64,000 nt of DNA from Ylistrum balloti (taxonomy: Eukaryota), in NCBI RefSeq assembly GCF_031769215.1, contig NW_026782782.1, positions 124,001-188,000 on the forward strand, in the 5' to 3' direction. Under the pieces are notes generated by a model that was given only the letters and a program-made list of their open reading frames with translations, made no database searches and had not been told where the DNA came from. Below, piece by piece: positions 37,301 through 48,500 of the stretch (its first letter is position 1; each line of letters opens with the position of its first letter). Made by a program: the position numbers and the translations under genes.

Positions 37301-37554
37301 CGAAGTGATGCTGGTAAAAGCCGAACAATGAAGACATCTTATTCCTCATGTGATGTTGAAAAGGATTTGGAGATATGTGTGGCATTATTTCACATTATGA
37401 AAACATCATCATTGGCTAAACTTTGATTTTTAACCTCAACAGGAAGCTGTTGCCGGACCTTGCCCGCAGTCTAGTGCAGACAGCTATTGACCCAATTTAC
37501 CCACCATCAGACCCTGGAGGAAGGGGAGAGAACTGGTTTAATCGTATCACATAA
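13370..37554 (+). CDS. TTL: Tubulin--tyrosine ligase
   Basis: Exons 13370-13532 ([27 protein letters not shown]), 14019-14097 ([21 protein letters not shown]), 14495-14739 ([11 protein letters not shown]), 15724-15856 ([17 protein letters not shown]), 34715-34915 ([24 protein letters not shown]), 35734-35827, 36896-37014 ([27 protein letters not shown]), 37443-37554 (stop TAA). Phases are consistent and the protein is collinear with vertebrate TTL. Confidence 0.95.
14971..15245 (+). mobile_element. Degenerate tRNA-derived SINE with CORE/Meta-like central block
   Basis: tRNA-like head followed by gtcctttggcaagacactttaccct (about 15095-15120), resembling the CCTTGGGCAAG.CACTT SINE core. Confidence 0.4.
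18330..18680. repeat. Degenerate ~34-35-bp tandem repeat downstream of nested gene copy 1 (probable 3' UTR)
   Basis: Recurring acaaaacatwgcaaaacayaagamwtkttattatt units. Confidence 0.7.
18769..19422 (-). CDS. Nested orphan gene copy 1, 131-aa predicted helical/coiled-coil protein (antisense, inside TTL intron 4)
   Basis: Exon 1 19422-19323 (caccATGG context, [33 protein letters not shown]), GT donor, ttccAG acceptor, exon 2 19064-18769 ([58 protein letters not shown]...VLWRGV*). 100+296 nt. Two intact paralogs have identical exon sizes. Confidence 0.85.
19520..19573 (-). promoter_or_regulatory. TATA box plus CCAAT boxes of nested gene copy 1
   Basis: Minus-strand CTATATAA at 19527-19520; CCAAT at 19548-19544, 19561-19557 and 19573-19569. 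The TATA and two CCAAT boxes are positionally conserved in all three paralogs. Confidence 0.65.
19668..20246. repeat. 76-bp tandem array upstream of nested gene copy 1, proximal block (~8 units)
   Basis: Unit aagatcaaaggtctcttgtccaggtatggcttggtgttactgtacaggtaattagattagaggtggtaatggaggt; motif starts at 19670, 19746, 19822, 19898, 19974, 20050, 20126, 20202. Confidence 0.95.
20250..20880 (+). mobile_element. 5'-truncated LINE 3' end (ORF2 C-terminal zinc-finger region) inserted into the 76-bp array
   Basis: Frameshifted translation ITKYRLS...IET.RY..I...QRQCPLCNK...DETHFIL resembles the K.RLS.H.L.IETGRY...C..C...EDE.HF C-terminus of non-LTR RT proteins; array units resume at 20886. Confidence 0.6.
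20886..21215. repeat. 76-bp tandem array of copy 1, distal block (~4 units)
   Basis: Same unit; AGATCAAAGG at 20954, 21030, 21106; terminal unit degenerate. Confidence 0.92.
22124..22522 (-). mobile_element. Non-autonomous interspersed repeat (HINE/Helentron-like)
   Basis: Minus-strand 5' end AAACAAGAGGCCCCGAGGGCCTGTATCGCTCGTCTGG and 3' end CCAGGTGAGCTAATAA form subterminal inverted motifs; tctgtcgtctgtccgtcc microsatellite near the end. Related termini at 2780 and 25997. Confidence 0.55.
23710..24321 (-). CDS. Nested orphan gene copy 2, 131 aa
   Basis: Exon 1 24321-24222 ([33 protein letters not shown]), exon 2 24005-23710 (DDQLIRLD...VLWRGV*). About 10 substitutions versus copy 1 in exon 2; no stops or indels. 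Confidence 0.85.
24420..24473 (-). promoter_or_regulatory. TATA box plus two CCAAT boxes of nested gene copy 2
   Basis: CTATATAA 24427-24420; CCAAT 24448-24444 and 24473-24469 (minus strand). Confidence 0.65.
24564..25230. repeat. 76-bp tandem array upstream of nested gene copy 2 (9 units)
   Basis: AGATCAAAGG at 24566, 24642, 24717, 24793, 24869, 25021, 25096; GGATCAAAGG at 24945; degenerate AGATCAACAG at 25171. Confidence 0.95.
25810..25997 (-). mobile_element. Short HINE-like interspersed repeat fragment
   Basis: Minus-strand terminus AAACAAGAGGCCTAATGGACCTGTAGGGCTCACCTC, related to the 22522 terminus. Confidence 0.45.
26000..26400 (-). mobile_element. Degenerate non-LTR retrotransposon reverse transcriptase fragment
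   Basis: Minus-strand translation [40 protein letters not shown]: YADD catalytic motif plus the downstream W...V...KTK motif, with an in-frame stop. Confidence 0.75.
26961..27154 (+). mobile_element. tRNA-derived SINE, V-SINE-like, internally deleted second copy
   Basis: A box ggtgcagtggtaat, B box ggttcaattcc, GGGTTTCCCGGGGGTACTCTGGTTTCCTCCCACA, same tail as 8343-8580. Confidence 0.7.
27427..28852 (+). mobile_element. Tc1/mariner DNA transposon with inactivated transposase
   Basis: Imperfect ~25-bp TIRs (tactcaacaaaaaaagaaaagttaac / gttacctttcttttttgtttagta) flanked by TA. HTH ([14 protein letters not shown]), [18 protein letters not shown] and [15 protein letters not shown] lie in three broken frames; the expected start codon position reads TTG and there is an internal TGA. 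Confidence 0.92.
30126..31098 (-). CDS. Nested orphan gene copy 3, 131 aa (most divergent paralog)
   Basis: Exon 1 31098-30999 ([33 protein letters not shown]), 577-bp intron, exon 2 30421-30126 ([22 protein letters not shown]...VLWRGV*). Same exon lengths and phase as copies 1 and 2, with many synonymous differences. Confidence 0.85.
31183..31237 (-). promoter_or_regulatory. TATA box plus two CCAAT boxes of nested gene copy 3
   Basis: CTATATAA 31190-31183; CCAAT 31211-31207 and 31237-31233 (minus strand). Confidence 0.65.
31345..31798. repeat. 76-bp tandem array upstream of nested gene copy 3 (6 units)
   Basis: Motif variants AGGTCAAAGG (31347, 31423), AGATCAATGG (31499, 31575, 31651), CGGTCAAAGG (31727). 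Confidence 0.95.
33330..34330 (-). mobile_element. Degenerate I/Jockey-type LINE remnant (RT plus RNase H)
   Basis: Minus-strand fragments [44 protein letters not shown] (~33790-33804) and FVWIPSH (~33410-33435, RNase H motif), with many stops and frameshifts. Confidence 0.65.
35050..35340 (-). mobile_element. Degenerate interspersed repeat fragment (HINE-like family)
   Basis: Contains ggtggccatcttggattttgac and tctgttgtccatcc blocks resembling the other non-autonomous repeats in the window. Confidence 0.3.
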
Positions 37555-38563
37555 ATAATGGAAAGAAGGATCAATAATGGTTCTTCTGTTTCACTGAACA
37601 TTCTATGTGTGGTAAGGAAATTTTCTGCATGAATATAACGAAAAATTGTCATTGTTTGCAAAATTAGTTTCAGGTGTTGTAGTGTCTTAGACCTCTACAG
37701 TGTTTTCCAAATCATTATAGCAAGTAAAGTTTTGTATTATATTATTGTGTGAAAATATGTGTCTATAGGTGGGCCATAACAGCTCAATCAGATGAGTGCT
37801 TACCTACACAACTTCAGATGCCCGTAGAGTGAGAGATATCAAGTTTGATCAAAGAATGACATCGATCTACTGTCAAGTTAAAATGAACCAGATGCATTAA
37901 AATTGTCTTTCGATAGATATCAGTATTCAATGGCATACCAGAAGTCCCCTCCATTCCTCCCCCCCAGGTTACATCATATGTATTTGGAAATAGTAGTGAC
38001 AGTAGTCCACTGAAGATGGGTACATACTGGTAATTGTTATTTAATAGACAAATCTGAATCTCGTTACTTAATAAAGATATATATCATCGTCATTGTTGTG
38101 TAAAATTGAAAAAATCCTTTTTTACATACTTATGAAATCTTTGCAGTTTTCATTCATTGGATGATTTTTCAAGCCTTAGAACATTACACTTTTTGAACTT
38201 CTTTTGATACTTAAAATATATTATTGTATCCAAAAATTATAAATTTATGCTGCATTTCCTGTAACTGTTCTGAAAATAAACAGTAGGGATACAAGTTTGT
38301 ACAATGTATGTACAAGAGTTTGCAGTTTATTGATTTTAAATTTATTTGAAGTATAGTTTATATACATACTAAATTCCTATATTTTGAAAACTTCTTACCC
38401 AATTTCGACAAATTCAGCCATATATGCTCTTTGATTCTTGTGATAAGTTATGTACACAACTGTCATCCTGACAACATATTTGTATGTATTCAAGTAACAA
38501 GAGATGTTCTGTGCGGTGAGATTGTACTAAGTTATCAGTAGAATTACCAAGGATACATTTGGG

Positions 38564-40010
38564 TTTTTTTTTTTTTTTTTGTAATTTTTTATTTTTAAGC
38601 ATTTTTTACAAGTATAGTTAACATCACATAAGCATACACACACTCCACACACAGAAACTTCCATACTTGTATAGGATTGCAATCAATAACTTAAGTATAT
38701 TGTAGATAATATCCTAGTTTACACAACATTCTTATCTTCATAGTTGCCATCAGCATTAGAATATTGCAATCAGGGTTCATCCATAGATATATAATTAAGA
38801 AAATATGGTTTTCAAAAACCAATTACCATTTCTATATACACAACAAAACACATGACTTTGTCATCTTTATTACACACGCACACACACTTTCCTTCCACAT
38901 AGAGAGACAGAGAAAAAGAAAGAGAAGAAAAGAGAGGGTGATAGTGGGCTAAACATTCATATCACATCTATGTATCTCACTCACCAACAATTTTTAATCT
39001 TTTTCACTTACATTTTGAAACCCTCACACACTTTAGAGGAGAATAGCAGAGATAAAAAGAGACAAGCAAGGAACAAGACAGAGGTCTTTGGGCTAGTGGA
39101 AGAGAGAAAAATTATATTTGAGTATATTGAAAATCTAAAATACACAATGAAAGGTCATTTTATTCTTTGTAAAGTCTGCTAGTCCTGGAGAAATATTTAG
39201 CTTGTTAACTATGAGTATGATTGAAAGAGAAAGGGGTGAAGAAAAAAAAAATATATATATATACTATATTGGCCTAGTAATTATAATGTTATTATACAGC
39301 ATCACAGAGTAAAGCCAACTGAGGGAAGACTACAGTATTGATACTACACAGTAAAATGAAACTACATCGGTCTATATAATGCATGCAATTTTTCAGCATA
39401 ATCAAGTTATCCTAGTGCAGATTGTAAAATGTTTACATACATTATATTTGAAAGTACTCATACAACAATAGACACATCATAAATCCTACATTATTAAGGG
39501 TTTTCATTTTACAGTGAAGTATATTTACCTGCACAAATTATTATGCAATTTCCATCAAAGACTTCCATTTTCTCCATTCATTTTCAAATCTGATCTTTTT
39601 GGAGTCCCTTGACTATTTGCTATATATTTCTGAACAGAGTAATATTCTTTGATATAATTTACAAGTGCATTAATGTTTAATCTTCTATGATAGCATCTAG
39701 TCTTATAGATATAATTCTTAATAATTATTAGTATTACATTGTCAATTTTTGCTGATGTAAGCATTTGATGTTGTAATGAAAATCCAAAGAGAAATTTTTC
39801 TTTATTATAAGCAAAAGGAATAACAAGTGCTTCTAGAAGTACTTCAAGACTTTGTAAAAAATTTTGTACTTCCTGACATTCCCACATGATGCGGATTATG
39901 GTTTCCTGTTCTACATTGCATAAGGGACAGAGTGGACTGGCAACTAAACCTAATCTGTAGATAAAGGAGTTCGTTGTCAGAATATGATGGACTAATCTAT
40001 ATTGAAACCA
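38564..40010 (-). mobile_element. 5'-truncated L1/Tx1-clade LINE 3' end with poly(A) tail
   Basis: Minus-strand translation RLVHHILTTNSFIYRLGL...LCPLCNVEQETI.R.MWEC..V..F...LFG...NVILIIIKNYIYK...YSVQKYIA (zf-RVT type C-terminus; ORF 39555-39887), then a 3' UTR ending in AATAAA and an A-run at 38564-38580. Confidence 0.7.
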
Positions 40011-41201
40011 TTGTAGTTTTGTATTTTTAGTTACTTTAAAAGGAATTTTGTTTTTTATACATTAAGGGCTTTAATACATTCCTTACATTATAGCTAGACT
40101 TTTCTTATACTTTGGCCTAGGTAGGACTTTAAGTGAACATGAGGTATACTCCTGGCACACCAAAAGAAAATTAACCAGCAGTGTAAACAGTTGCTGGATG
40201 TTATAGAAACAAAGTTGTAGGTGACAGTAACAGATGTTTCAGGTCATTTCATGTTTGCTTTGTTTAACTACAGCAATTACAAAGAGGAAACTTATAAACG
40301 ATATCAGCAAAGAGTCTTGGGTGGGGGGGGGGGAAACCTCACTTTTGTTATTTACCTTTTATTTTTATTTTTTTAAGCTATTATACTGGCCAAGCTGTGA
40401 TATATAATGTTTGATGTTGAAGTGATCATGATTATGTTATATGTCAGAAAATAAATACAAATCATATTTGTACATTTGTCTCAACTCTTGTTTATGATAT
40501 TATACTATAAGGAATAATCCCAATACTGCTGTGTAAACAGTAACATTGACTAAAATTAAGCTGAGAAGGTCGAGGTCGATGAACTCACCTTACAAAGTTA
40601 TCGTACCACGTCGTGAACGTGATCAGACGACTCGAATATCACATGACTTTCAACGACTGGGACCAGACTGCGAATGTTGCATAATAAACAGCACAGCTTG
40701 TTAGATAGAGTTAAAGCACCTGGATAATCCCTGTGTGAATCATCTTCTGTAAAAAAACACATCCTGAATATCAATGTGGATTGCATAAGGAAGTACTGCT
40801 TCAATTAGTGTTTTGTCTGAGCCCCCTATTGACATTGGCACATCAAGGTATTCATAGTGCTTTGAACGTGGAAAATTTCAGCAAACATTGATGATACATG
40901 GTGTGTTGGTAATGGGAAATATAAAGTCAATACCTAACCACAATCTGAAGTGTTTGTTTACCCGAGAAACAGTTTGCCTCTACTTATACAAATACAAACC
41001 AGGGAGATATCTTTATCGAGAAAATGTTTGTAAAACATCATTTTTTTTAATTAAGACAGGTATAAGGCGAGAGATATTTGGCTTCAAGTAAGTTACAGTC
41101 TCATAGAGAGAAAACACATTAGATTGCACCAATGTAGCCTGTGTTCTTCATGACATAGTAAGGCGTTTCTCCAAATATTTCGAGGGTCAAGATGCAGTTG
41201 C

Positions 41202-42205
41202 ATTTGATATTTGACCTCTCTGAGCATTCGATATTTGACCTTATTGAAGATTTGATATTTGACCTCTCTGAAGATTTAATATTTGACCTCTCTGAAGATT
41301 TGATATTTGACCTCTCTGAACATTCGATATTTGACCTCTCTGAAGATTTGATATTTGACCTCACTGAACATTCGATATTTGACCTTCCTGAAGATTTGAT
41401 ATTTGACCTCTCTGAACATTGGATATTTGACCTCTCTGAAGATTTGATATTTGACCTCTCTGAACATTCGATATTTGACCTTCCTGAAGATTTGATATTT
41501 GACCTCTCTGAACATTCAATATTTGACCTCTCTGAAGATTTTATATTTGACCTCTCTGAAGATTTGATATTTGACCTCTCTGAACATTCGATATAAGACC
41601 TTCCTGAAGATTTGATATTTGACCTCTCTGAACATTCAATATTTGACCTTCCTGAAGATTTGATATTTGACCTCACTGAACATTCGATATTTGACCTTCC
41701 TGAAGATTTTATATTTGACCTCTCTGAACATTGGATATTTGACCTCTCTGAACATTGGATATTTGACCTCTCTGAACATTCGATATTTGACCTCTCTGAA
41801 GATTTGATATTTGACCTCTCTGAACATTCGATATTTGACCTTACTGAAGATTTGATATTTGACCTCTCTGAACATTGGATATTTGACCTCTCTGAAGATT
41901 TGATATTTGACCTCTCTGAACATTCGATATTTGACCTTCCTGAAGATTTGATATTTGACCTCTCTGAACATTCGATATTTGACCTCTCTGAAGATTTGAT
42001 ATTTGACCTCTCTGAACATTGGATATTTGACCTCTCTGAAGATTTGATATTTGACCTCTCTGAACATTCGATATTTGGCCTTCCTGAAGATTTGATATTT
42101 GACCTCTCTGAATATTCGATATTTGGCCTTTCTGAAGATTTGATATTTGACCTCTCTGAACATTTGATAGTGGAATTCTCTAAACATTTGATATTGAACC
42201 TCTCT
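41202..42205. repeat. 24-bp tandem minisatellite (~42 units)
   Basis: Two main variants, gaagatttgatatttgacctctct and gaacattcgatatttgacctctct; no indels visible. Confidence 0.95.
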
Positions 42206-43747
42206 AAAGAACTAGTAAAGCTAACTATAAAGCATATAAAGGGTCCCTGTGGAGTTTCGGAATCCAAATATACTTGGTTTATGTTTTCCTCTTTCGAAAA
42301 CATTAGTATTGGAAGAATTGAGTAAGAACGGACCTAATCAAGCAAGCAAATCTCGATCGTTCATTTCGAAAATAAAAACAATGTTTGTTTGAAGATTTTG
42401 CTTCCGATTAAAGCAAATGCATCAAGCAACTGAAATTTTGTTTTTACGTCTGAGTCAAAAGATGGCACCGAAAACGTTTAAACCTTATGTAGATATTTAT
42501 TTCAGGACCCTCTCGACTGGACAACTTTATGGCATTGTGCACTGTTATTACTGTAGCATTTTGTATTCTAAACTTGGCATTCCCATGACGACAGTGACCT
42601 CCTCAATACTTTACAACTATGATGTATTGCTAGGTGGAAAACTACAGCAGTTTCACATAATCTGCCGAAGGAGGAGACATTACCAGAAATAACAGGTACT
42701 TGTAGATAAAATACTTAAACATTCTAACAGACCACATGTATGCTTAAATAAAAGTGTGATCAGTGTCTGATAACTGGGAAATATAACGTTGTGGCGTATA
42801 ATCTTTGTTAAATGGAGTCAAGGAAAGACGAGCACTGATTAATAGATTTTGAAAAAAAAATTAAAGGAGCTATTTCTGTTGTTGTTTAGCTAAACATAGA
42901 CATGTTTGACTCCTGCTATATACAAAGTATTCAGTCTTCGTGACACGTTACTTAAGAAAATTGATTTAAAGACGAATATAACATCAACAAATGGTTACGG
43001 ATTTATTTGAAAAAAAAGGAAAGTTACAACAATCCAATTTTGTCAACTTGTTACAAGGTATTTATTGAAGAAAATCTCAAAAAATGTTTCTGTATATCGT
43101 GAAGTTAAACAAAAAGACATATCTTTATTGAAGGTGTTTTAAAAGTAGTTAAAAAGAAATCATTCACAACTGTCTGGGTTTAACTGGTTACCTTTGTTAA
43201 AACTCGGTCACGGGTACTGCGTCATTGCACTGAAGTCGTACTAAAACAAACTGTGTGTTATTATTTATGGTACAATACAGACGAACAGATCACGTGTCGC
43301 CTTATGATGAAAATTATAAGAAAATAATATTAACAACATAACTAGAATACGGTTAAACTAGCAAGTACCCCGTTGTTTGCTACATATCTCCATAACGTAG
43401 GAATCTTATCTTCACCTATGAACAAGTGAGTTAACGTTTTGGCGTATTGACTGGTGACGTAAAGGTCTTGATTTTTGGTAGGATGACTTTAATTTCAATT
43501 CTGACAAACTTTTGGTTCATAACGTCATAACGAAGTGTTCATAACTTAAAAGCTGCATAATTTGACCTTGACCTTAAGTCAGTTGACTTATATATTTCCA
43601 ACCAAATATGCTGCATAATGTTATAGCAAAATGATTATCTGTGAAAAGATCCAAAATCTGACAATGACCTTCAGACCAAATGACCTTTTGACATTGTTTT
43701 TGACCTCCGTGTGTATTTTTGTAACCAGAACATTTTGATCACATTTT

Positions 43748-45534
43748 GGGTGCCCTCAGACAGTTGGGTGCCATCAGACATTAGGTCCGAATGCCCTCAG
43801 GCAGTCGGGCTATCAGACATTAGGGACGGGTGCCCTCAAACAGTCGGGTACCGTCAGACAGTAGGGTCGGGTGCCCTCAGACAGTTGGGTGCCATCAGAC
43901 ATTAGGTCCGAATGCCCTCAGGCAGTCGGGCTATCAGACATTAGGGACGGGTGCCCTCAAACAGTCGGGTACCGTCAGACAGTAGGGTCGGGTGCCCTCA
44001 GACAGTTGGGTGCCATCAGACATTAGGGTCGGGTGCCCTCAGACAGACGGGTGCCATCAAACATTAGGATCCGGTGCCCTCAGACAGTTTAGTGCCATCA
44101 GACATTAGGGTCGAGTGCCATCAGACATTAGGGACGAGTGCCCTTAGACAGTCGGGTGCCATCAGACATTAGGGTCGGGTGCCCTCAGGCAGTCCGGTGT
44201 CATCAATATTAGGGTCGGGTGCCCTCAGACAGTTGAGTGCCATCAGACATTAGGGTGGGATGCCTTCAGACAGTCGGGTGCCATCAGACATTAGGGACGG
44301 TTGCCCTTAGACAGTCGGGTGCCATCGGACATTAGGGTCAGGTGCCCTCAGACAGTTGGGTGCCATCAGACGTTAGGGTCGGGTGCCCTCAGACAGTTGG
44401 GTGCCATCAGACATTAGGGTCGGGTGCCCTCAGACATTAGGGACGAGTGCCCTAAGACAGTCGGGTGCCATCAGACATTAGGGTCGGGTGCCCTCAGGCA
44501 GACATTAGGGTCGGGTGTCATCAGACATTAGGGGACGGTTGCCCTCAGACAGACAGTCGGGTGCCATCGGACATTAGGGTCAGGTGCCCTCAGACAGTTG
44601 GGTGCCATCAGACGTTAGGGTCGGGTGCCCTCAGACAGTTGGGTGCCATCAGACATTAGGGTCGGGTGCCCTCAGACATTAGGGACGAATGCCCTTAGAC
44701 AGTCGGGTGCCATCAGACATTAGGGTCGGGTGCCCTCAGGCAGTCCGGTGTCATCAAACATTAGGGTCCGGTGCCCTCAGACAGTTGAGTGCCATCAGGC
44801 ATTAGGGTCGGGTGCCATCAGACATTAGGGACGGTTGCCCTTAGACAGTCGGATGCCATCGGACATTAGGGTCAGGTGCCCTGAGACAGTTCAGGCAGAC
44901 GGGTGCCATCAGACATTAGGGACGGTTGCCCTTAGACAGTCGGGTGCCATCGGACATTAGGTTCAGGTGCCCTCAGACAGTTGGGTGCCATCAGACGTTA
45001 GGGTCGGGTGCCCTCAGACAGTTGGGTGCCATCAGACATTAGGGTCGGGTGCCCTCAGGCAGTCGGTGCCATCAGACATTAGGGTCGGATGTCCTCAGAA
45101 AGTTGGATACCCTCAGACATTAGGGTCGGGTGCCCTCAGGCAGTCGGGTACCATCAAACATTCGGGTCCGGTGCCCTCAGATGGTTGATTGCCATCAGAC
45201 ATTAGGGTCGGGTGCCATCAGACATTAGGAACGAGTGCCCTTAGACAGTCGGGTGCCATCAGACATTAGGGTCGGGTGCCCTCAGGCAGTCCGGTGTCAT
45301 CAAACTTTAGGGTCCGGTGCCGTCAGACAGTTGGGTGCCATCAGACGTTAGGGTCGGGTGCCATCAGACATTAGGGACGGTTGCCCTTAGACAGTCGGGT
45401 GCCATCAGACGTCGGGTGCCCTTAGGCAGTCGGGTGCCATCAGACATTAGGGTCGGGTGCCCTCAGACAGTTGGGTGCCATCAGACATTAGGGTCGGATG
45501 CCTTCAGACAGTTGGGTGCCATCAGACATTAGGG
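43748..45534. repeat. GC-rich composite 23+18-bp satellite with higher-order structure
   Basis: Alternating gggtgccatcagacattagggtc and gggtgccctcagacagtt; 121-bp duplication (43748/43869); ~550-bp blocks recur at 44131, 44682, 45228. Confidence 0.95.
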
Positions 45535-48500
45535 AAGCGTCAACGAACACGATGACAAGAGAACAAACCATACATAACATATCAGATGTGTCTATATCGC
45601 TGGGTAAATCATTTGTTTGTCCATCCCTATCTCTTTATTGAGTAATAAATATATAAGCATCACCACACTGCTCAACTAGGTCAGAATGACACTTGAAAAT
45701 TACAAATAATAACTACAGTTCGTGTATAATGAATTTAAGTAATTAGTTTCCGTACCAATATGAACTCTTCTTTTCCCCTACGAAATGGTAGTACTGAGTA
45801 ATTTATGATATTGATTTTCACGACCAGTTGATAGAGTGTTCACTATTGCGTAACTAGGTCAAGGTGACACATTACACATTATCTGATATTAAAGGGCAGT
45901 GACACCTTGTCGTCTTTTGGGTTTTTTTTTGGGGGGGGTGGGGGTGGGGGAGGGGTTCTTCAACATCATATCTTTTTTATAAATCAAATTACTTAATCGG
46001 GTTTATATTTTGAAAACGGACACAAATTGTAACGTTGATTTGATACAGTAGTGAAATAATATGGTGATCGGTAACCGTATAGAAATTTTCATTTCATCTG
46101 ACAACCAGTTAAAGACAGTTAAAGATGGGGAATTTGTTGGCTTCCTCCTTTTAAACCGAAAACAAAAATACCTACCTGCTTAACTTTTTACAGAAAGTAT
46201 CGGATCTTTTATAAAAATTCTGAAAAAAAAACAAAGCACGATAGTGTGTCTAAGTTTTAAGAAATAAAAGATATTGATATTGAGTGGAGTGTTTTATAGA
46301 GCATGATGTTGAATGTCGGTCTTATAACTGACGAATAGTATAAGAAGTATATTTCTCGTATAAATATTTCCTCGCAAAATTAACAGCGAGGTGGCACGTT
46401 AACTACATCTTTATGTTTTACTTTTTTATAGCGGGTTTGTTTTCAAGAAATTATTATCATATGTTAGGGACTGTACACTCGAAAAAGATAAACCCTTGGT
46501 TGCACTAGAAATAGTCATGTTATCCGCATTATCTTAGTAAACACCATCCTGTCACCTAAAACGATAATAGCTGTAGTTCCACAGCTATTTTAATGAGGCT
46601 TCACCATGGCTCCTTTTAATTATGTCGATGTTCCTCTATTTCTATAGTAATTGGGTTTTTTTTATATCATAATCAACACTACGTTTTACTCGAGTTTTGT
46701 GAGTACAGTATTTTAGATATATAATTCTAATTGTCGCCGCAATCATTACAATATCATCCCACGGCCCCAGCGCTTATTCAGTGGTTCATGAAATTTTTTA
46801 ATTGTTGTCAATGGAAAAACAAGTACTATCAGAATACAACTGACTCAACATCAATCTGACCTGTCTCAAACTATTTTCCATTTTTCTTTAAATCACATTT
46901 GAAAGTTTACTCTTACCACTGGTTAAATCTAACTCACCTTTGAGCAACTGAAGCCAGTTGGCAAATTTTTACTTATGAAAAAATATGTATCACTTCCTTA
47001 CCTCACCTTATTTTTCTGTATAATTGGACCCTCACTCTCACCCATCCAACTCTGCTTTTAAAAAGCATGCGAAATCAGTGGTTTGTCTGAAAAATTAAGA
47101 CCCAAGACCAGGAATGTGGGCAGAAAGGAAAAAAAGGTAAAATACCCGAACGAAGTAGTTTGTTCTGGAACAGCCCATTAGGATGAAATCACTAACAATA
47201 CTATTTCAAGCATAACCACCAGCGTGTCATGCTACACAGACTATCCCAATGTTAAAGAATTTCGCAATCACACAGCTGGTGAATCAATGTAACAAAACAC
47301 CATTGTTTATGGTGTTACTGGGGTCAGCGACAGATATCTTCGGCCAATCAAGATTCAGTTGAAAGGAGAAAGGGATTCCCCAGGGGCTATTTTTAACAGA
47401 AGCTATGGTATGTAATGACGAGTTGCTATGTTCATGCACACTACAATGGGACACCATCTACGTATCATGGTGAGTATTTCTATTCCATATATTGTCACAA
47501 TCTGATGTTTCACTTATGTAAATAAGATGGGGATGAAACATAAAACATCATATAATACTCTTATGTAAATTTCTGATAGCTACCATCGACATGGCCATAT
47601 TGTAAACTTATTAACTTAACAGTGGTATATTTTATTTCATGAACGTCAGCTATTACGGCCTTTTTGCGTTTGCTTTTACCTGGCGCGAAAAGATAGGATA
47701 CTGACAGAAGTAAGAAGTGAAAGTAGATAGAGGGATAAAGGGGTCGGGATAGAGATCGGGTCGACCGTTCCGGTGTTGTAGAGTGTGGGATAACTAAAAG
47801 GGGATCGGCATAGAGGTGCTCCTGTGTTCCTCTGATGTAAACTATATGTTAGAAGTTGACTCCGTAAACTTAAATCTGACCACAACTAGACGAGGTGCTC
47901 GGATTGACGATATAAAATATATTGCCTTTTTTGTAAGTATGCTTTATTTTTTTATTAAATTATTATAACTTTAAATCCAAGCAAAACTTTTTTCCTTTTT
48001 AAAATCAAGACACGTGGCTTATGGAAACGGCCTCTTGTCTGTAATCAGATAGTGATGTCGTGACAGATAGGCTTGTCTGAAAGGTCCATATGCACAGCTA
48101 TAAAAACCGGCGTTATTCATGGGCAGTTTGTCTTACTCTCCTTTACGCAGGATATGAATTCCAGGTAAACACAAGGTTATAGCTGTAGTTGCCTTGTGTT
48201 AACATTCATAAGTAGTCACAATGCAACCTCATGTAGAGCGCCCATTGTGCTTACAGAAATTGTTTATGTCCTTAATCTATCAATTCATCATATATTTCGT
48301 CAATGTGTTACAAAAGTCTGTAACATACACGACGTTTAAATTGAGCATAAGCATCGTATAAAAAAAACCTTAAACTACATACAAAAAATACGTAACGATT
48401 TAACAAAATAAGAAGGGTATTAGATTACAACGGATACAAACCGACTCTTCTCACTTCTGATGGCTATTTATGATTAGCTACGAGTTATCAGATGACAAAA

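Noticed and set aside
42417-42692. 91-aa plus-strand ORF with an aagATGGCA start-like context
   Set aside because: No recognisable homology and no consistent downstream exon chain.
43711-45532. ORFs such as MPSDSWVPSD... in the 41-bp satellite
   Set aside because: Short, frame-shifting with unit indels, and entirely explained by the repeat.
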